In this document: in pieces, positions 45,208 through 55,759 of the stretch
Numbering within the stretch: position 1 is the first letter of the stretch
How the letters are laid out: the number at the start of each line of letters is the position of its first letter
Virus record (IMG/VR): IMGVR_UViG_3300027714_000009
Coordinates: 1-64,000 of that record
Reading direction: 5' to 3' (one strand)
Source: a virus
DNA length: 64,000 nt
Position numbers and translations under genes: made by a program
Notes under the pieces: generated by a model
What the model was told of the DNA's origin: nothing
Database searches by the model: none
The model's input: only the letters and a program-made list of their open reading frames with translations

Positions 45208-45212
45208 TAATA

Positions 45213-45755
45213 CTATTTATCTATTTCAGGCAACTTATCCATAATTTCTGCGAGCAACTGTGTTCTATTACCAACAATCCTTGCTTCAGAGGCGCCTTGA
45301 TCTTCATCTAAACCTAATTCGCTATTCTTCTGTGCTACATATGCATCTATCTTTTCGCTGTCTTTTTCAAGTCTAGCTTGACGCATTTGTAGTTCAACCA
45401 TTTTCAATTTCTTGTCCATTTTAGCTTGTTTAGCTTGTAAAGCCGCACTAATCATCTTACTTGCACTATCAAATATCGGAGCCGCATGTCTATCTTCTAC
45501 GTTTTTGCCTAGATCAACTAAATCATCAAATGTAGCCATTGCTTTGGCTGCATACTCGTCCATTTCTCTATCCAATTGTTCTAATCCTACTACAATAGGT
45601 AACGCTGCCGAAGCACGTTCCACCATACTCATTTCTCCTTGATACATTGCTATATCATGTTGAATATCATCTATTGTAGGCTCAACTGCTTCTTCTTCAT
45701 CAAGCAAGTGATCTAAATCGGGTAAGTTTAATTCTTCTTCTAATTTTTTTGTCAT
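45213..45755 (-). CDS. putative terminase small subunit (gp16-like)
   Basis: helical, C-terminal VGNRTQLL resembles gp16 VGSTxEL; near terL. Confidence 0.45.
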   Translation of the reverse strand: MTKKLEEELNLPDLDHLLDEEEAVEPTIDDIQHDIAMYQGEMSMVERASAALPIVVGLEQLDREMDEYAAKAMATFDDLVDLGKNVEDRHAAPIFDSASKMISAALQAKQAKMDKKLKMVELQMRQARLEKDSEKIDAYVAQKNSELGLDEDQGASEARIVGNRTQLLAEIMDKLPEIDK

Positions 45756-45758
45756 ATT

Positions 45759-46202
45759 CTATTTCTTCTTTTTTGAACCTTTAGGTTTATTAAATATCTG
45801 ATGTTCAGTTATTACTCTAAACCCTAGTCCTTTTGATTTTGCATATGCATGTGCCGAAGCCCATTTTGCATGATTAACAACTGCTGCCGCTTTCTGCGAT
45901 GGTGTTCTAGCTTCGCCTAATGTTTGACTAGCAGGCTTGACTTCAACTATCTCTGCATGATTCTTTCCTTGTTTGTCTTTATAAACAATTAATAAATCAG
46001 GTACATATGTACTAGCTTTTCCTGTAAGAGGGTTCTTATAAGGAATTCTGTGTGTTTCACTTCCCCAACCTAATATAGCTGGATGATTGTCGCACATTCT
46101 AAATACTGCAAGTTCCCATCCACTTCTAAAGTAAGGAACTCGTTTACCTAAGTATTTAGCAGGATTATTTGGAGTGAAACTGCCTTGGTGAAATTTTGGC
46201 AC
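45759..46202 (-). CDS. head completion nuclease (gp4-like)
   Basis: NPAKY.G, RSGWE, WGSE..IPY, YVPD, EVKP. Confidence 0.88.
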   Translation of the reverse strand: MPKFHQGSFTPNNPAKYLGKRVPYFRSGWELAVFRMCDNHPAILGWGSETHRIPYKNPLTGKASTYVPDLLIVYKDKQGKNHAEIVEVKPASQTLGEARTPSQKAAAVVNHAKWASAHAYAKSKGLGFRVITEHQIFNKPKGSKKKK

Positions 46203-47132
46203 TTACTGTACACCAGTTTTCTTTACTACAGGTGCTGGTACTTTGTAAGATACGCCATTAATATTTCTAACTTTTTCACCTGTTTTAAGATTTCCATCCC
46301 ATCTTTCTAATTCTGGTTGATTTGAAGTAACTGCACCTTTATTTCTTGTAAATTGAGCTTCATCTTCAGCTGTATTGTTTTCTGCATTTCCTGCTGACTT
46401 TCCAGTAGCATTACCAGTTTCATCTGGAACGACTGTATACATCCCAAATCTGGCCTGTTCTTCAGTTACTACGGTTGCTGATATGTTTGGACCAGTGCCA
46501 AATTCATTAGCTAGGTTTGGATTGTTAACATGATCTGGTGGCATTACAGTGTTTGAACTTAGTACCCTATAACCTTCATATCCAAATGTTACTCTAATAA
46601 TTGATGCACCACTATCTGAATAGTCTAGTGTATCAGTATCAATGTTTTGAATATATGCGTTAAAGATTTCAATTTCACTCTCTAACTTTGCTTCCTTGTT
46701 ATCTGGATCATGTCGTAATATTTTTATAGACTTAATGTATGTCTTTTCTTCGCGTAGTTCTAATCCTTTTGGACTAGTTAACCAAGTAGCATAATCTTCA
46801 TCATTCATAGGACCAGCAAAGTAATATCTTGCGTAGTCCTTTAGGAATGTTTCAAATACAGCATCCTTTGTATCGTATGCTGTTAGTGTTATAGGAGTAT
46901 AATCTATTCCTGTTTGAATAATACTTTTATTATTGTACTTGTTTAACGTTTGTGTTCTAAGTGTAAATGTCGGCATCTGAATATTAGCGATACGTTCTAG
47001 CTTTAAGGCCTCCGTTACACCGGTACGAGTAAGAGTAACAGTAAAGTTAAACTTATTTCGAGGTATCGCGTCTATTACGCCAGTTCTAAGAGCCTGGCTA
47101 TAGATTTTATATCCTGCGTTCCCAATCGTCAT
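46203..47132 (-). CDS. tail-tube-like protein (gp54/gp19 family)
   Basis: tube-fold pattern YTPITLTAYD, LDYSDS..RVTFGYE; next to the tube gene. Confidence 0.7.
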   Translation of the reverse strand: MTIGNAGYKIYSQALRTGVIDAIPRNKFNFTVTLTRTGVTEALKLERIANIQMPTFTLRTQTLNKYNNKSIIQTGIDYTPITLTAYDTKDAVFETFLKDYARYYFAGPMNDEDYATWLTSPKGLELREEKTYIKSIKILRHDPDNKEAKLESEIEIFNAYIQNIDTDTLDYSDSGASIIRVTFGYEGYRVLSSNTVMPPDHVNNPNLANEFGTGPNISATVVTEEQARFGMYTVVPDETGNATGKSAGNAENNTAEDEAQFTRNKGAVTSNQPELERWDGNLKTGEKVRNINGVSYKVPAPVVKKTGVQ

Positions 47133-47150
47133 GGTTAGTTCCTAACTATG

Positions 47151-47759
47151 TTACTTAGTCGCGCCAGTTTTTGTTCTATCTGCATCTGTAGCTATTGCAC
47201 TTAGTACATCACTTCCATCAATAAGGTGAATTGCATTATCAAAACGTATTGACAATGTAACTTGTACCATACTTGAATCAGCATAGTTTAAGTCGCCATA
47301 TTGTACGTTAGTAATGAAACAACCTTGTAGTGTCCAATTATCAAACACTGATGGTTTAGTTGCACCGTTAGCGCCGTCAAGTGTTTCAATTTGTACACCA
47401 AACTTATATGCGTTACCAGAGATAGAACTTGATTGATCAGCATGATCAACTTGTCTATTCAACTGAGCGCCAAGTTTCTTAATTACTCTTGATGACATAT
47501 CATCACGGAATACAATTGTAATTGGATCCCATGTGTGCTTACCTGCTAGGTAAATCTTTGAGTTGTATGAATCAACAACAACTTCTTCATGAGTTAATGC
47601 TGGTCTACCAGTACTAATCACGTTTTGTGTTACTTCGTCTGTTCCACCGGGTCCGCCTAGATCTTCAAATCGTACTCTAAAACGATATTGTAGCTTGGGC
47701 ATAAGTGTAGTACCTGCCGAGCTATCTGTTGGAACTCCGAAATTTGTAATTACAGCCAT
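47151..47759 (-). CDS. tail tube protein (gp19-like)
   Basis: YRFRVRF, AGKHTWDPITIVFRDD, GCFITNVQYGDLNY. Confidence 0.85.
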   Translation of the reverse strand: MAVITNFGVPTDSSAGTTLMPKLQYRFRVRFEDLGGPGGTDEVTQNVISTGRPALTHEEVVVDSYNSKIYLAGKHTWDPITIVFRDDMSSRVIKKLGAQLNRQVDHADQSSSISGNAYKFGVQIETLDGANGATKPSVFDNWTLQGCFITNVQYGDLNYADSSMVQVTLSIRFDNAIHLIDGSDVLSAIATDADRTKTGATK

Positions 47760-47880
47760 TTGTTTTTCTCCTATAATACTTACTATGGTAGTATCTTCTT
47801 GTTATATTGTATTTATCACTTCTTCACTCAAAAAGATAGGTCACTCAAATAAAGCAACCCATCTTCACTATTACCATGTA

Positions 47881-48189
47881 TTATACAGTCCAACTAGTGA
47901 TTGTAGCAAATTTATCGTCGGCCAATTCTAAATCTCTTAGACTTTGTCCAAATCCTGCTAGTGAGTCTGTTGTATTCAAATATGTTTTAAATTCTAACAA
48001 CTTAGCGTCAGTATCAAAATTATAATTGATCCAGATCTTATTACCTTCTAATATGTATCCCATAGTTACATCAATATCACCAGGAGTGAATCCTGTGATA
48101 GCGTTTGCGATTGCTGTATGTTCTGCCGAAGCTTTGAACTCGTCAACCGATGCCCAGTTACCTGGGGCTTGTCTAATTTTATTAGCCAT
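47881..48189 (-). CDS. hypothetical ~102-aa protein, paralogue of 775-1086
   Basis: GAGG SD, own TAAATA (48256-48261); lies between sheath and tube. Confidence 0.8.
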   Translation of the reverse strand: MANKIRQAPGNWASVDEFKASAEHTAIANAITGFTPGDIDVTMGYILEGNKIWINYNFDTDAKLLEFKTYLNTTDSLAGFGQSLRDLELADDKFATITSWTV

Positions 48190-48277
48190 ATGGTTTATCC
48201 TCTTAAATGTCTTTAAGTTCCTTCAAGGAACTATATGCATTGCAATGTGCAACTGTATTTATGCAAAGTATAGTCAT

Positions 48278-48317
48278 AAAAAAAGGCTACTATAATCATT
48301 TATACAGTAGCCTTTTT
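48278..48317 (-). terminator. intrinsic terminator after sheath
   Basis: aaaaaggctact...agtagccttttt. Confidence 0.8.
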
Positions 48318-48332
48318 AATAATTTTAAGCTA

Positions 48333-50780
48333 TTAGCTTAATTCGCCTGTGTTTACAATTCTAATTGGAATGTAAATAAACTCTGCTGACTTAGTTGGCT
48401 CAATTGCCACGTCAATGTAGAATTCGTTTGCATCAATACGTGCGGCTGTGTTGTTTGTTGTATCACACACAACTGCAAAGTCGTAAATACCACGTTGTTG
48501 TAAAATGTTAGCTAAGAAGCCATCAAATACTTGTTTAGCATTTAAACGTGTTCCAGCATCATTTGGTTCAAATAAGAACGGTCTTGAAATAACTGAGAAA
48601 CGCTCTCTTAGATAAGCTGTAAGTCTTGCAACGTTAACTCTATCTAATGCTGAAGCACCTGTATGTAATGATTTTTGTCCAAACACTACAACACCCTCTG
48701 CCGGGAATCTTGCGATTGGATTCATTTTAGCTTCGTACATTGCATCACGTGAACCTTGTGTTAAAGCTAGTTTAACAAATTCGTTCTCGCTGTTTAAGTA
48801 ACCAACGTTAGATGCATTTTGTACAACACCACGTGTTAAGCCTGCTGGTGCAAACCATTGGTATGATGCATTATCACTGTAAGCAAATGTATATAGTGCA
48901 ATGTGTGATGCCGGAGCAACAACACTATCACCAGTTACATGGTTAGTTGTTAATGCGTGTGGATAGTAAACTGCTGAGTAAGTGTTTTTAGAAGTTAATC
49001 CTTTTTCACCATTCTCTGTTGCCGCTGTACCTGCTATCCAAGTAATTGCTTCTGTTTGATTTAAACGGAATGGAGCATCTGCGATAATAAAGGCTGTTTC
49101 ATCTTTATCAGCGTTCAATGTAATCATTTCGTCATATAACTCTGGGTAACCAGGAGCTGCAATTAGTCTAAATTGAACTGTATCTTCACGTAGTTCTGTT
49201 GCGCCTGCTGCCGCTTGCATTGCTACTGTTACAACTTTACGCTGTGCTAGTCTACCAAATGATCCTGAACCATCGGCTGCATTGCTTGCTTTGTTACGCC
49301 ATTTCCATGCTGTAGTTAGTGCTGTGTTGTATACACGAACAGTACTTGCTGAACGACACATGTTAATACCTGTCATTCCAACTGGATATACTAATGGATT
49401 TGGAGCACCTGCTAATAGAGTTGCTTCAAACGTATCATTAGCTGTTGCGTTAGCAGTAATATCACCAAATACAACACCTGCCGCTGTACTTTGATCTGCT
49501 TTGTTTTTAACTACCCATGCTGTACCGTTATGTCTGTAAATTACAGGATAACCTGTTGCATCAGTGTCAATCCAATAAGCGCCGGCTGCTAAAGAACCAC
49601 CTGCTTTATTTGTAGTAGGTGCTGATGTTACATACTGTATATCAGATACTTTTTTCCATTTTTGTGTTCCTGAATCACTAGCAACTTCATAAATTGCAAG
49701 ATCATTAACATCTGGATCAAACCATACTGTGTTATTAACTGGAGTGCCTGTTGGCTGTGTAGATAAAACAGTAGAAATAAATCCACCAGTTCCACCACCG
49801 TCTAATTCGATATCGTCCCAATCAGTTCCGACACTGTCGTAACGTTTGATTGCAATTTTACCACTTGTACCATTTACTGCATCGTGGTCTAACCAAATGT
49901 CGCCATCTGAGAATGTACGTGCTGTTGCAGAAGTACCATCAGCAAATATGTCTGATGTTGTTCCTGCTGGTGTTCCGTTTTGTGAGTATACTGCACTCTT
50001 CTTCATAAATGCGCCGGCTACTGTTGTAAATAATTTAATATCTACGTTTATGCCGCCTCCTGGAGAAGTAGTTTTAATCCAAACATCGCCTGCTGTAGGT
50101 GAAGCTGGAACAGTGTAGTGTGCTGACCAATCTACTTCGCTTGCGAAGCCATTGTCTAGTAGGTCCCAAGCACCTGATACACCTTTGTAATAATAAGCCG
50201 CTGTTTCAGTGTTACTGTTTACTACTTCAACTAAGTAATTTCCATTAACAACTGTTGCCGTTGCTGAGCCTGCAGAAGAAACAATTTCTACTGTTGGAAG
50301 TTTTTCAACCCAAGCTGATCCTACGTATTCGTATATACCCCAACTTGATGTTGTAGGGCTGGTCCAATATGTGTTGTTAGCAGGGTCGCCTGTTGGCTCT
50401 GCTGATAGTGGACGTAATGCTGTTAAGTCAACGTCTGCACGAACAATATATGCCGCTGAACTTTGACCGAGAAAGCTGTATGCCGCTAGTAGTCCATATT
50501 CGTTTGTTTCGTCACCTTGTGATACTGTACCACTTACTTTACGGAAATCTACATTTCCAAAGTATTGTGTTAGTTCACGTTGTGATGTTACTAGAATAGG
50601 TTTCTTAGCATTTACTGATTTTGTGTATTTTGCTTTGCCGTCGGTTTCAGTTAGGGTTGGATCAACCTTGTCCTGTCCTGTAGCAATAAACAACATTGGA
50701 ACAGTGCCCGCACCCGCTGGTCCGTATACTGATTCGTCTGTTACTGTTACCTGTACGCCAGGTGAAACAAGATTTGCCAT
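48333..50780 (-). CDS. tail sheath protein (gp18-like)
   Basis: LVSPGVQV, WFAPAG..RG, DRVNVARL, FEPND, EFIYI. Confidence 0.95.
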   Translation of the reverse strand: MANLVSPGVQVTVTDESVYGPAGAGTVPMLFIATGQDKVDPTLTETDGKAKYTKSVNAKKPILVTSQRELTQYFGNVDFRKVSGTVSQGDETNEYGLLAAYSFLGQSSAAYIVRADVDLTALRPLSAEPTGDPANNTYWTSPTTSSWGIYEYVGSAWVEKLPTVEIVSSAGSATATVVNGNYLVEVVNSNTETAAYYYKGVSGAWDLLDNGFASEVDWSAHYTVPASPTAGDVWIKTTSPGGGINVDIKLFTTVAGAFMKKSAVYSQNGTPAGTTSDIFADGTSATARTFSDGDIWLDHDAVNGTSGKIAIKRYDSVGTDWDDIELDGGGTGGFISTVLSTQPTGTPVNNTVWFDPDVNDLAIYEVASDSGTQKWKKVSDIQYVTSAPTTNKAGGSLAAGAYWIDTDATGYPVIYRHNGTAWVVKNKADQSTAAGVVFGDITANATANDTFEATLLAGAPNPLVYPVGMTGINMCRSASTVRVYNTALTTAWKWRNKASNAADGSGSFGRLAQRKVVTVAMQAAAGATELREDTVQFRLIAAPGYPELYDEMITLNADKDETAFIIADAPFRLNQTEAITWIAGTAATENGEKGLTSKNTYSAVYYPHALTTNHVTGDSVVAPASHIALYTFAYSDNASYQWFAPAGLTRGVVQNASNVGYLNSENEFVKLALTQGSRDAMYEAKMNPIARFPAEGVVVFGQKSLHTGASALDRVNVARLTAYLRERFSVISRPFLFEPNDAGTRLNAKQVFDGFLANILQQRGIYDFAVVCDTTNNTAARIDANEFYIDVAIEPTKSAEFIYIPIRIVNTGELS

Positions 50781-50874
50781 GTTATAGCTCCTTTAGTGTG
50801 TTTAGAATATATCTAAATTTTGTTATACTAGTATTTACCGCAAAATGCTTAAAAGGGGGGTTTACAGAGTTAAC

Positions 50875-51630
50875 TTAGCTGTTAATGGTGGCTAATAGCT
50901 GATCAAAACTTGCACATATCATATGTTCAAATCCATCACCCCATTTACCATGAACAATCATGTGAATTCTGTTTTCTGTACCGTTGTTTATAACACTATG
51001 CCTTCTTCCTATATCAATTCCTCTAGCTTCACCAGGTTCCCATGGTACAAGTCCTGCTTCTTCTAATGCAAAGTCCACTCCTGGTGGATTACTTAATGAT
51101 ACGTTAAATGCAGCCATGCTTCTTCTATCAAAGTCCTGATGTGGTTGAATATAACCACCCGGTTCTAATAACATGAATCTACATCGTTGATACTCTTTAA
51201 ACGGCCAGGCATTCTTTAGCCAGTCTACTGTTACTGGACAATGTTCTGCTATGTCTGTCCAACCATATGGGGCACTATTTTCTTCTGTGTCTATTCCTTC
51301 TCTTATGTAATGATCAGCTGGTTGTGTTCTTTCTGCTGTTTGTCCATGTACACAAATGCTACTCCAGCCTGGATGCATATCACCTCGGTGCTCAACATAT
51401 CTGTCTAAAACTTTTTCAGCTTCAGCTGCCATTGCTTCATGTGGTACTTCTATATTAGTAACTAAACTAGGACAATTTGATTCATTCATAATCCATTTAC
51501 AGTACTGTATCATTGTACCTCGGTGTTCTCTCCAATTTAAAAACTGGTCACCTGGATTATTTAAATTTTCGTAGTGAGAATGCTTTTTACATTCATTGAT
51601 AAAATTAGTTACGTTATCTATTTGTTCCAT
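50875..51630 (-). CDS. aspartyl/asparaginyl beta-hydroxylase-family 2OG-Fe(II) oxygenase
   Basis: RFMLLEPGGYIQPHQD, RRHSVIN, RIHMIVH. Confidence 0.8.
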   Translation of the reverse strand: MEQIDNVTNFINECKKHSHYENLNNPGDQFLNWREHRGTMIQYCKWIMNESNCPSLVTNIEVPHEAMAAEAEKVLDRYVEHRGDMHPGWSSICVHGQTAERTQPADHYIREGIDTEENSAPYGWTDIAEHCPVTVDWLKNAWPFKEYQRCRFMLLEPGGYIQPHQDFDRRSMAAFNVSLSNPPGVDFALEEAGLVPWEPGEARGIDIGRRHSVINNGTENRIHMIVHGKWGDGFEHMICASFDQLLATINS

Positions 51631-53048
51631 TTGAACATCTTTCCTAATGTATTACTTGGTAGATTTTCAAAATCTATTGATGTATGATTTTCTACAAATT
51701 TAATTGGTCCTGCGATCTGATCTTGTGTTAACAATGGACTTGTACACTTAGCAACAATATTATTGTTAGAGTAAAACTTCAGTTTAGCAAATAGCTCATT
51801 GTACATTATTACACGTTGTTCTAAGCTATAATAAACCGCTGTTGGGTAATAATGAAAGATGTTACTTAAATGAACATACGTCAATCCTTTAGCTGAATAA
51901 TTAGCAGACCATTTTGCAAATGATGTATACCTATTAGGATTCATTAAATTTGTTTGTTCATATTGAATGTTAAATGTGCTAAATGTATCTCTCCACCATT
52001 CTTGCCATTCAGGCATTGAATCAAGTAGTTTTTGTGTATCCTGTAGTTGTTGCTGTCCTCTAAATAATTCGTCTTTCCTAGAATAGTAACTGCATTTACT
52101 ATCCATCATTTTATTCATGTATTCAGTGTAGTTTGTTCCATCCCATTCTGTTATTAATTGTTGCATACAGTCTAAAGCAAATGTACTAATATCGTATATA
52201 ATAATTGTACTGCCTGGTGGTAATCTAAGATTCTTTGCATACAACATAGGACTTATACCAGCTGACGGTGCAACTACTTTAGTAAACTTTTGGTCCTTGT
52301 CACCAATATTATTTGTTTCAGTGTCGGGTATTTCAGTATTACCAACAAAGAATATTTGCGTATCCATCTGTTCATGTAGATAGAATATATTTCTCCAAGC
52401 ATCATCACGAACCTCTGCATACAAATATTCCTTAGATTGACGTAATGAGAGATCCCAAGAATGAATAGTTTGGTTATCATCTAAAAGTGCTTTTACTAAA
52501 TTCCACCCGCCATTTTTATGTGTATATGTAGCTGGTTCGGATCCTGGTTTAACCCAATAAGGAGTATACTTGTCATGATGATTCTGTGTACTGCGTATTG
52601 GCTTTGTTGTTTCCCAAGGCCCGCTATCATGTTCGTCTCCCCATTCTGGCATGCCTGCTTCTGCCCACCAATCTAAGTCAATTAAAAAGCATTGTGGATG
52701 AATCCAAAAGTACTCGTCTCCCTTATCTAGTATATGTCCTATAAATTTTGAGTCAAGATGTTTTTCATAAAATTCAGGGAATACTCTCTCAAAATATTTG
52801 TGTACTGTTCCTTGCTTAAATACAACTATCTTTGAATAGCCTGCATTATATGCTTGTGTTAATAATCCTGATATTTTTTCATCCACGAATTGCTGATCAC
52901 AGAAAAGCCCAAATTCGACAGAGTCGTATTCAGCTATATTTTGGGATATTCCGTTGAGGAGGGAGTTGCTTATGCGGTCGTTATATAACCAACCTACACA
53001 TAATTCTTTAGTTTCTACTTTGGCGTTCCACCAATCATCATTAAACAT
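51618..53048 (-). CDS. two-domain hypothetical enzyme (GT-like N-terminus, SAM-fold-like C-terminus); paralogue of 2070-3146
   Basis: GHILD..HPQCFLIDL; SAGISP, YDISTFAL, EWDG, YVHLSNIFHY. Confidence 0.55.
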   Translation of the reverse strand: MFNDDWWNAKVETKELCVGWLYNDRISNSLLNGISQNIAEYDSVEFGLFCDQQFVDEKISGLLTQAYNAGYSKIVVFKQGTVHKYFERVFPEFYEKHLDSKFIGHILDKGDEYFWIHPQCFLIDLDWWAEAGMPEWGDEHDSGPWETTKPIRSTQNHHDKYTPYWVKPGSEPATYTHKNGGWNLVKALLDDNQTIHSWDLSLRQSKEYLYAEVRDDAWRNIFYLHEQMDTQIFFVGNTEIPDTETNNIGDKDQKFTKVVAPSAGISPMLYAKNLRLPPGSTIIIYDISTFALDCMQQLITEWDGTNYTEYMNKMMDSKCSYYSRKDELFRGQQQLQDTQKLLDSMPEWQEWWRDTFSTFNIQYEQTNLMNPNRYTSFAKWSANYSAKGLTYVHLSNIFHYYPTAVYYSLEQRVIMYNELFAKLKFYSNNNIVAKCTSPLLTQDQIAGPIKFVENHTSIDFENLPSNTLGKMFKWNK

Positions 53049-53080
53049 ATGTTGTCCTTGTAATTTGTCTACAACATTAT

Positions 53081-53716
53081 TTATCTTACAAAATGGTTGA
53101 GTGTTTGTTCCTTTAGATCAACTAGTGAAGTAGTGTTGGCTATCTGTTTATCAAACTTCCAGCCTGCCCAGCTCCATTCACTTTTGTGTACTTCTGGAAA
53201 TACTATAGACATACTGTTATCTGCTGGAATGGGTGTATTTGCTGTGTTAATACCTACTGCTGTTGCCCACCAATCTGGGTTCTCTGAGCGCCATACAACC
53301 GCTGTGTGCCCACCTAAGCGTTTTATAGCCTTTAGCTCATTAAAGAATCTACAGTCTGATATAACAACGTTTCTGTCAGTTTGTTCAATTTGTCGTTCAC
53401 ATGCCGCTACCCAAATGTCTGGGTGGAAGTGTGTTCTTAGTACATCAGTACCTACGTGTTGCAATGCCCAACGTGGAGTAAAGTTAGGAATGTCTAAGCG
53501 TTTAGCCCACCAGTCATCAACTGTCTCACGCCAAACTCTGCTTTCAGGTGTATTACCTTCTAGCAGTATTCTATCCCAACCAAAAATATTAGCACATGCA
53601 TCTTTTAATACTCCTGCAAAACTAACTCGTGCAAATCCTTCTTCAATTAGAAAGCCTGCCGCTGTATCTTTACCGTGTCCTATAAGACCACATATACCTA
53701 CAATTTTCTTAGTCAT
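53081..53716 (-). CDS. deoxynucleoside monophosphate kinase (gp1-like)
   Basis: GLIGHGKDT, TPRWALQHVGT, SDCRF.NE, H.SE. Confidence 0.9.
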   Translation of the reverse strand: MTKKIVGICGLIGHGKDTAAGFLIEEGFARVSFAGVLKDACANIFGWDRILLEGNTPESRVWRETVDDWWAKRLDIPNFTPRWALQHVGTDVLRTHFHPDIWVAACERQIEQTDRNVVISDCRFFNELKAIKRLGGHTAVVWRSENPDWWATAVGINTANTPIPADNSMSIVFPEVHKSEWSWAGWKFDKQIANTTSLVDLKEQTLNHFVR

Positions 53717-53739
53717 TCTATTGCTCCGTTGTAATTTAT

Positions 53740-53768
53740 ATTATAATTGATTTTTAATTAGTTGTCAA
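53740..53768 (-). promoter_or_regulatory. sigma70-type promoter
   Basis: TTGACA-N17-TATAAT. Confidence 0.8.
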
Positions 53769-53776
53769 GTACAAAC

Positions 53777-54358
53777 TTAATTATTTGATTTTCCATTTAT
53801 TCCTGTTACAGGACAGCTAACAATTGTTGTAGAAATAATACGCATATGTGTACTTGCTTCTACTATATTAAAAATAGCCAATGCAAGCATTGTTTTATCT
53901 ATTAAATGTTTATCTTTATTATCGTTATATTTGCTACTATTAAATCTGCCAGGTTTAATATTAATTACTTGACAGTGTTTTTCCATAGTAGATAAGTTTA
54001 ATGCAATTTCGTCTAATGCGTGTTTACCAGCATCATATCTTTTTTGTTGTGTGCTTTCGTTTTTTCTATTTCTAGTTTGTGGAGAAGATCCACTAATAAC
54101 TACAATCTTTTTATGCTGATCTTTATATTCGTCCCATAGCTCACAAAGCATATCAATTTGTGCAAATCTGTTTTCATTACTACTTGCTACAATGTATATG
54201 ACAGCAATATCTTTAGCATTTTTTACAATTTTCTCTCTGCTGCTGAAATTAGAAATATCATATCCATTATCTAAACTAAAGCCTAGTGGATTCTTATGTA
54301 GTTTGAAAATTTCATTCCCAAGTCCACTACTATGGCCAATAATTAAACAATCATACAT
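53777..54358 (-). CDS. short-chain dehydrogenase/reductase-like protein
   Basis: GHSSGLG, ISGS, YDAGK (YxxxK), IKPG. Confidence 0.75.
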   Translation of the reverse strand: MYDCLIIGHSSGLGNEIFKLHKNPLGFSLDNGYDISNFSSREKIVKNAKDIAVIYIVASSNENRFAQIDMLCELWDEYKDQHKKIVVISGSSPQTRNRKNESTQQKRYDAGKHALDEIALNLSTMEKHCQVINIKPGRFNSSKYNDNKDKHLIDKTMLALAIFNIVEASTHMRIISTTIVSCPVTGINGKSNN

Positions 54359-54974
54359 TTATAAACTTGCCTTCTTTGTAGCGTTTGATCATATCTTCGT
54401 ATGTTTCATGAGTAATTTTAATTCTAAACATTACTCGTTCATATTTTATCTGTTCAACACTATGTAATGTTTTTCCATTAAAAATACTTGGATGATTCAT
54501 ATCATATGTATACTCATATTCAATTCCTAGAGGGTTATCTCTGTCACTATCCTCACCTTTCCAAAAAGTAATTTTTTCAAAATCATTCTCTGGCAAAATA
54601 GGAAGCATTATATTATAGTGCATCTGCCTATCAGTATGAGGTTTAAAAACAAATTCTGGTTCGTAATACATAAATGTTATATCGTCGTTACCAAGAGGTT
54701 CTAAAAAATTAAATTTACTTATTAGTTCTTTAACTTCTGGATATTCCTGCATATGTTTTCCTTCGTATGCAGGGCTATACACTCCCATTAATCTTCCAGA
54801 ATAGCCATCTGTTCGACCTTGGTGTCTGTGTACTTGATTTTTTCTATTTTTAATAGCAGTCTTGTATTCGTTCCACTCTAACGCACAATGACTCATACGC
54901 TCATATAAATTTTTAAGAGCGGGTCGATTGTATACAAGTTCGTCTACTACAACATGATGTTTTGATTCTTGCAT
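54351..54974 (-). CDS. putative 2OG-Fe(II) oxygenase
   Basis: PHTD, NIMLPI, LHSV, RVMF. Confidence 0.7.
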   Translation of the reverse strand: MQESKHHVVVDELVYNRPALKNLYERMSHCALEWNEYKTAIKNRKNQVHRHQGRTDGYSGRLMGVYSPAYEGKHMQEYPEVKELISKFNFLEPLGNDDITFMYYEPEFVFKPHTDRQMHYNIMLPILPENDFEKITFWKGEDSDRDNPLGIEYEYTYDMNHPSIFNGKTLHSVEQIKYERVMFRIKITHETYEDMIKRYKEGKFINV

Positions 54975-54985
54975 TAATAGTTACT

Positions 54986-55723
54986 TTATCCAATTAGGAA
55001 TCCCAAACCGGTACTTCCATCATTGAATAATGTTAGTTCTATTTCCAGTTTGTCAATTTCTGCTTGAGCATCTGCTCGTAGTTGGTCTGCGTTCATTGTA
55101 GTTCCACCCTGTGGTCCTGCAATCTGTGTAAACTTACCACGTGCTTCTGATAAGATTAATTTAGCATGTGCGAACGCATAGTCTTTTAACCAAGGTCCTG
55201 CATATGTATCTAACAACAAGTCATCTGCTGGCCTGTAGTTATAGCAATGCAGTACTGCGTTGTCATTTGCTTTAATCTTACGTTGTAAAATTAGCTTTTT
55301 ATCTTGTGGGCGCCATGTGAACATTATCTCTGCTCCAAATAGTCTACCCATTGCTTCTCTATTTTGCTGAAGGAAATCAAAAGTTGCTAGTCCGCCATTA
55401 CGACTACTGCCTAGCAAATAAGTGTTCATGTATGCCGCTTGGAATGGTTCGATGTCATTTCCTGTACCACTACTTACACCTGTTGTCCTACGATAGATGT
55501 CACGTACTTCCATTACCTCAGTTGGTAATGTATATTCGCTCTGATCTTTCATCATTTCTAAAATAATGAAACTTTCTTCAACTGCGTTCTCAGCACGTTG
55601 GCGATATTTCTGAAGAGATTTTGATATCGCTAGCTCATAATGTTCTGGGTCTAGTTCGACATCGATCATTCCACCACCTAGGCGTAATTCAATCTCTTTC
55701 TGAAGTTTGTTTAATGCACTCAT
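54986..55723 (-). CDS. neck protein (gp13-like)
   Basis: LRLGG.MIDVEL, WLKDY, GKF..I.GP.GG; TAAATA at 55747-55752. Confidence 0.85.
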   Translation of the reverse strand: MSALNKLQKEIELRLGGGMIDVELDPEHYELAISKSLQKYRQRAENAVEESFIILEMMKDQSEYTLPTEVMEVRDIYRRTTGVSSGTGNDIEPFQAAYMNTYLLGSSRNGGLATFDFLQQNREAMGRLFGAEIMFTWRPQDKKLILQRKIKANDNAVLHCYNYRPADDLLLDTYAGPWLKDYAFAHAKLILSEARGKFTQIAGPQGGTTMNADQLRADAQAEIDKLEIELTLFNDGSTGLGFLIG

Positions 55724-55759
55724 TTAAGTTTGTCTCCTGCTGTATGTATTTATCAGAGT

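Noticed and set aside
53097-53750. 217-aa plus-strand ORF
   Set aside because: Fully antisense to the clear dNMP kinase; the same applies to most short plus-strand ORFs in the track
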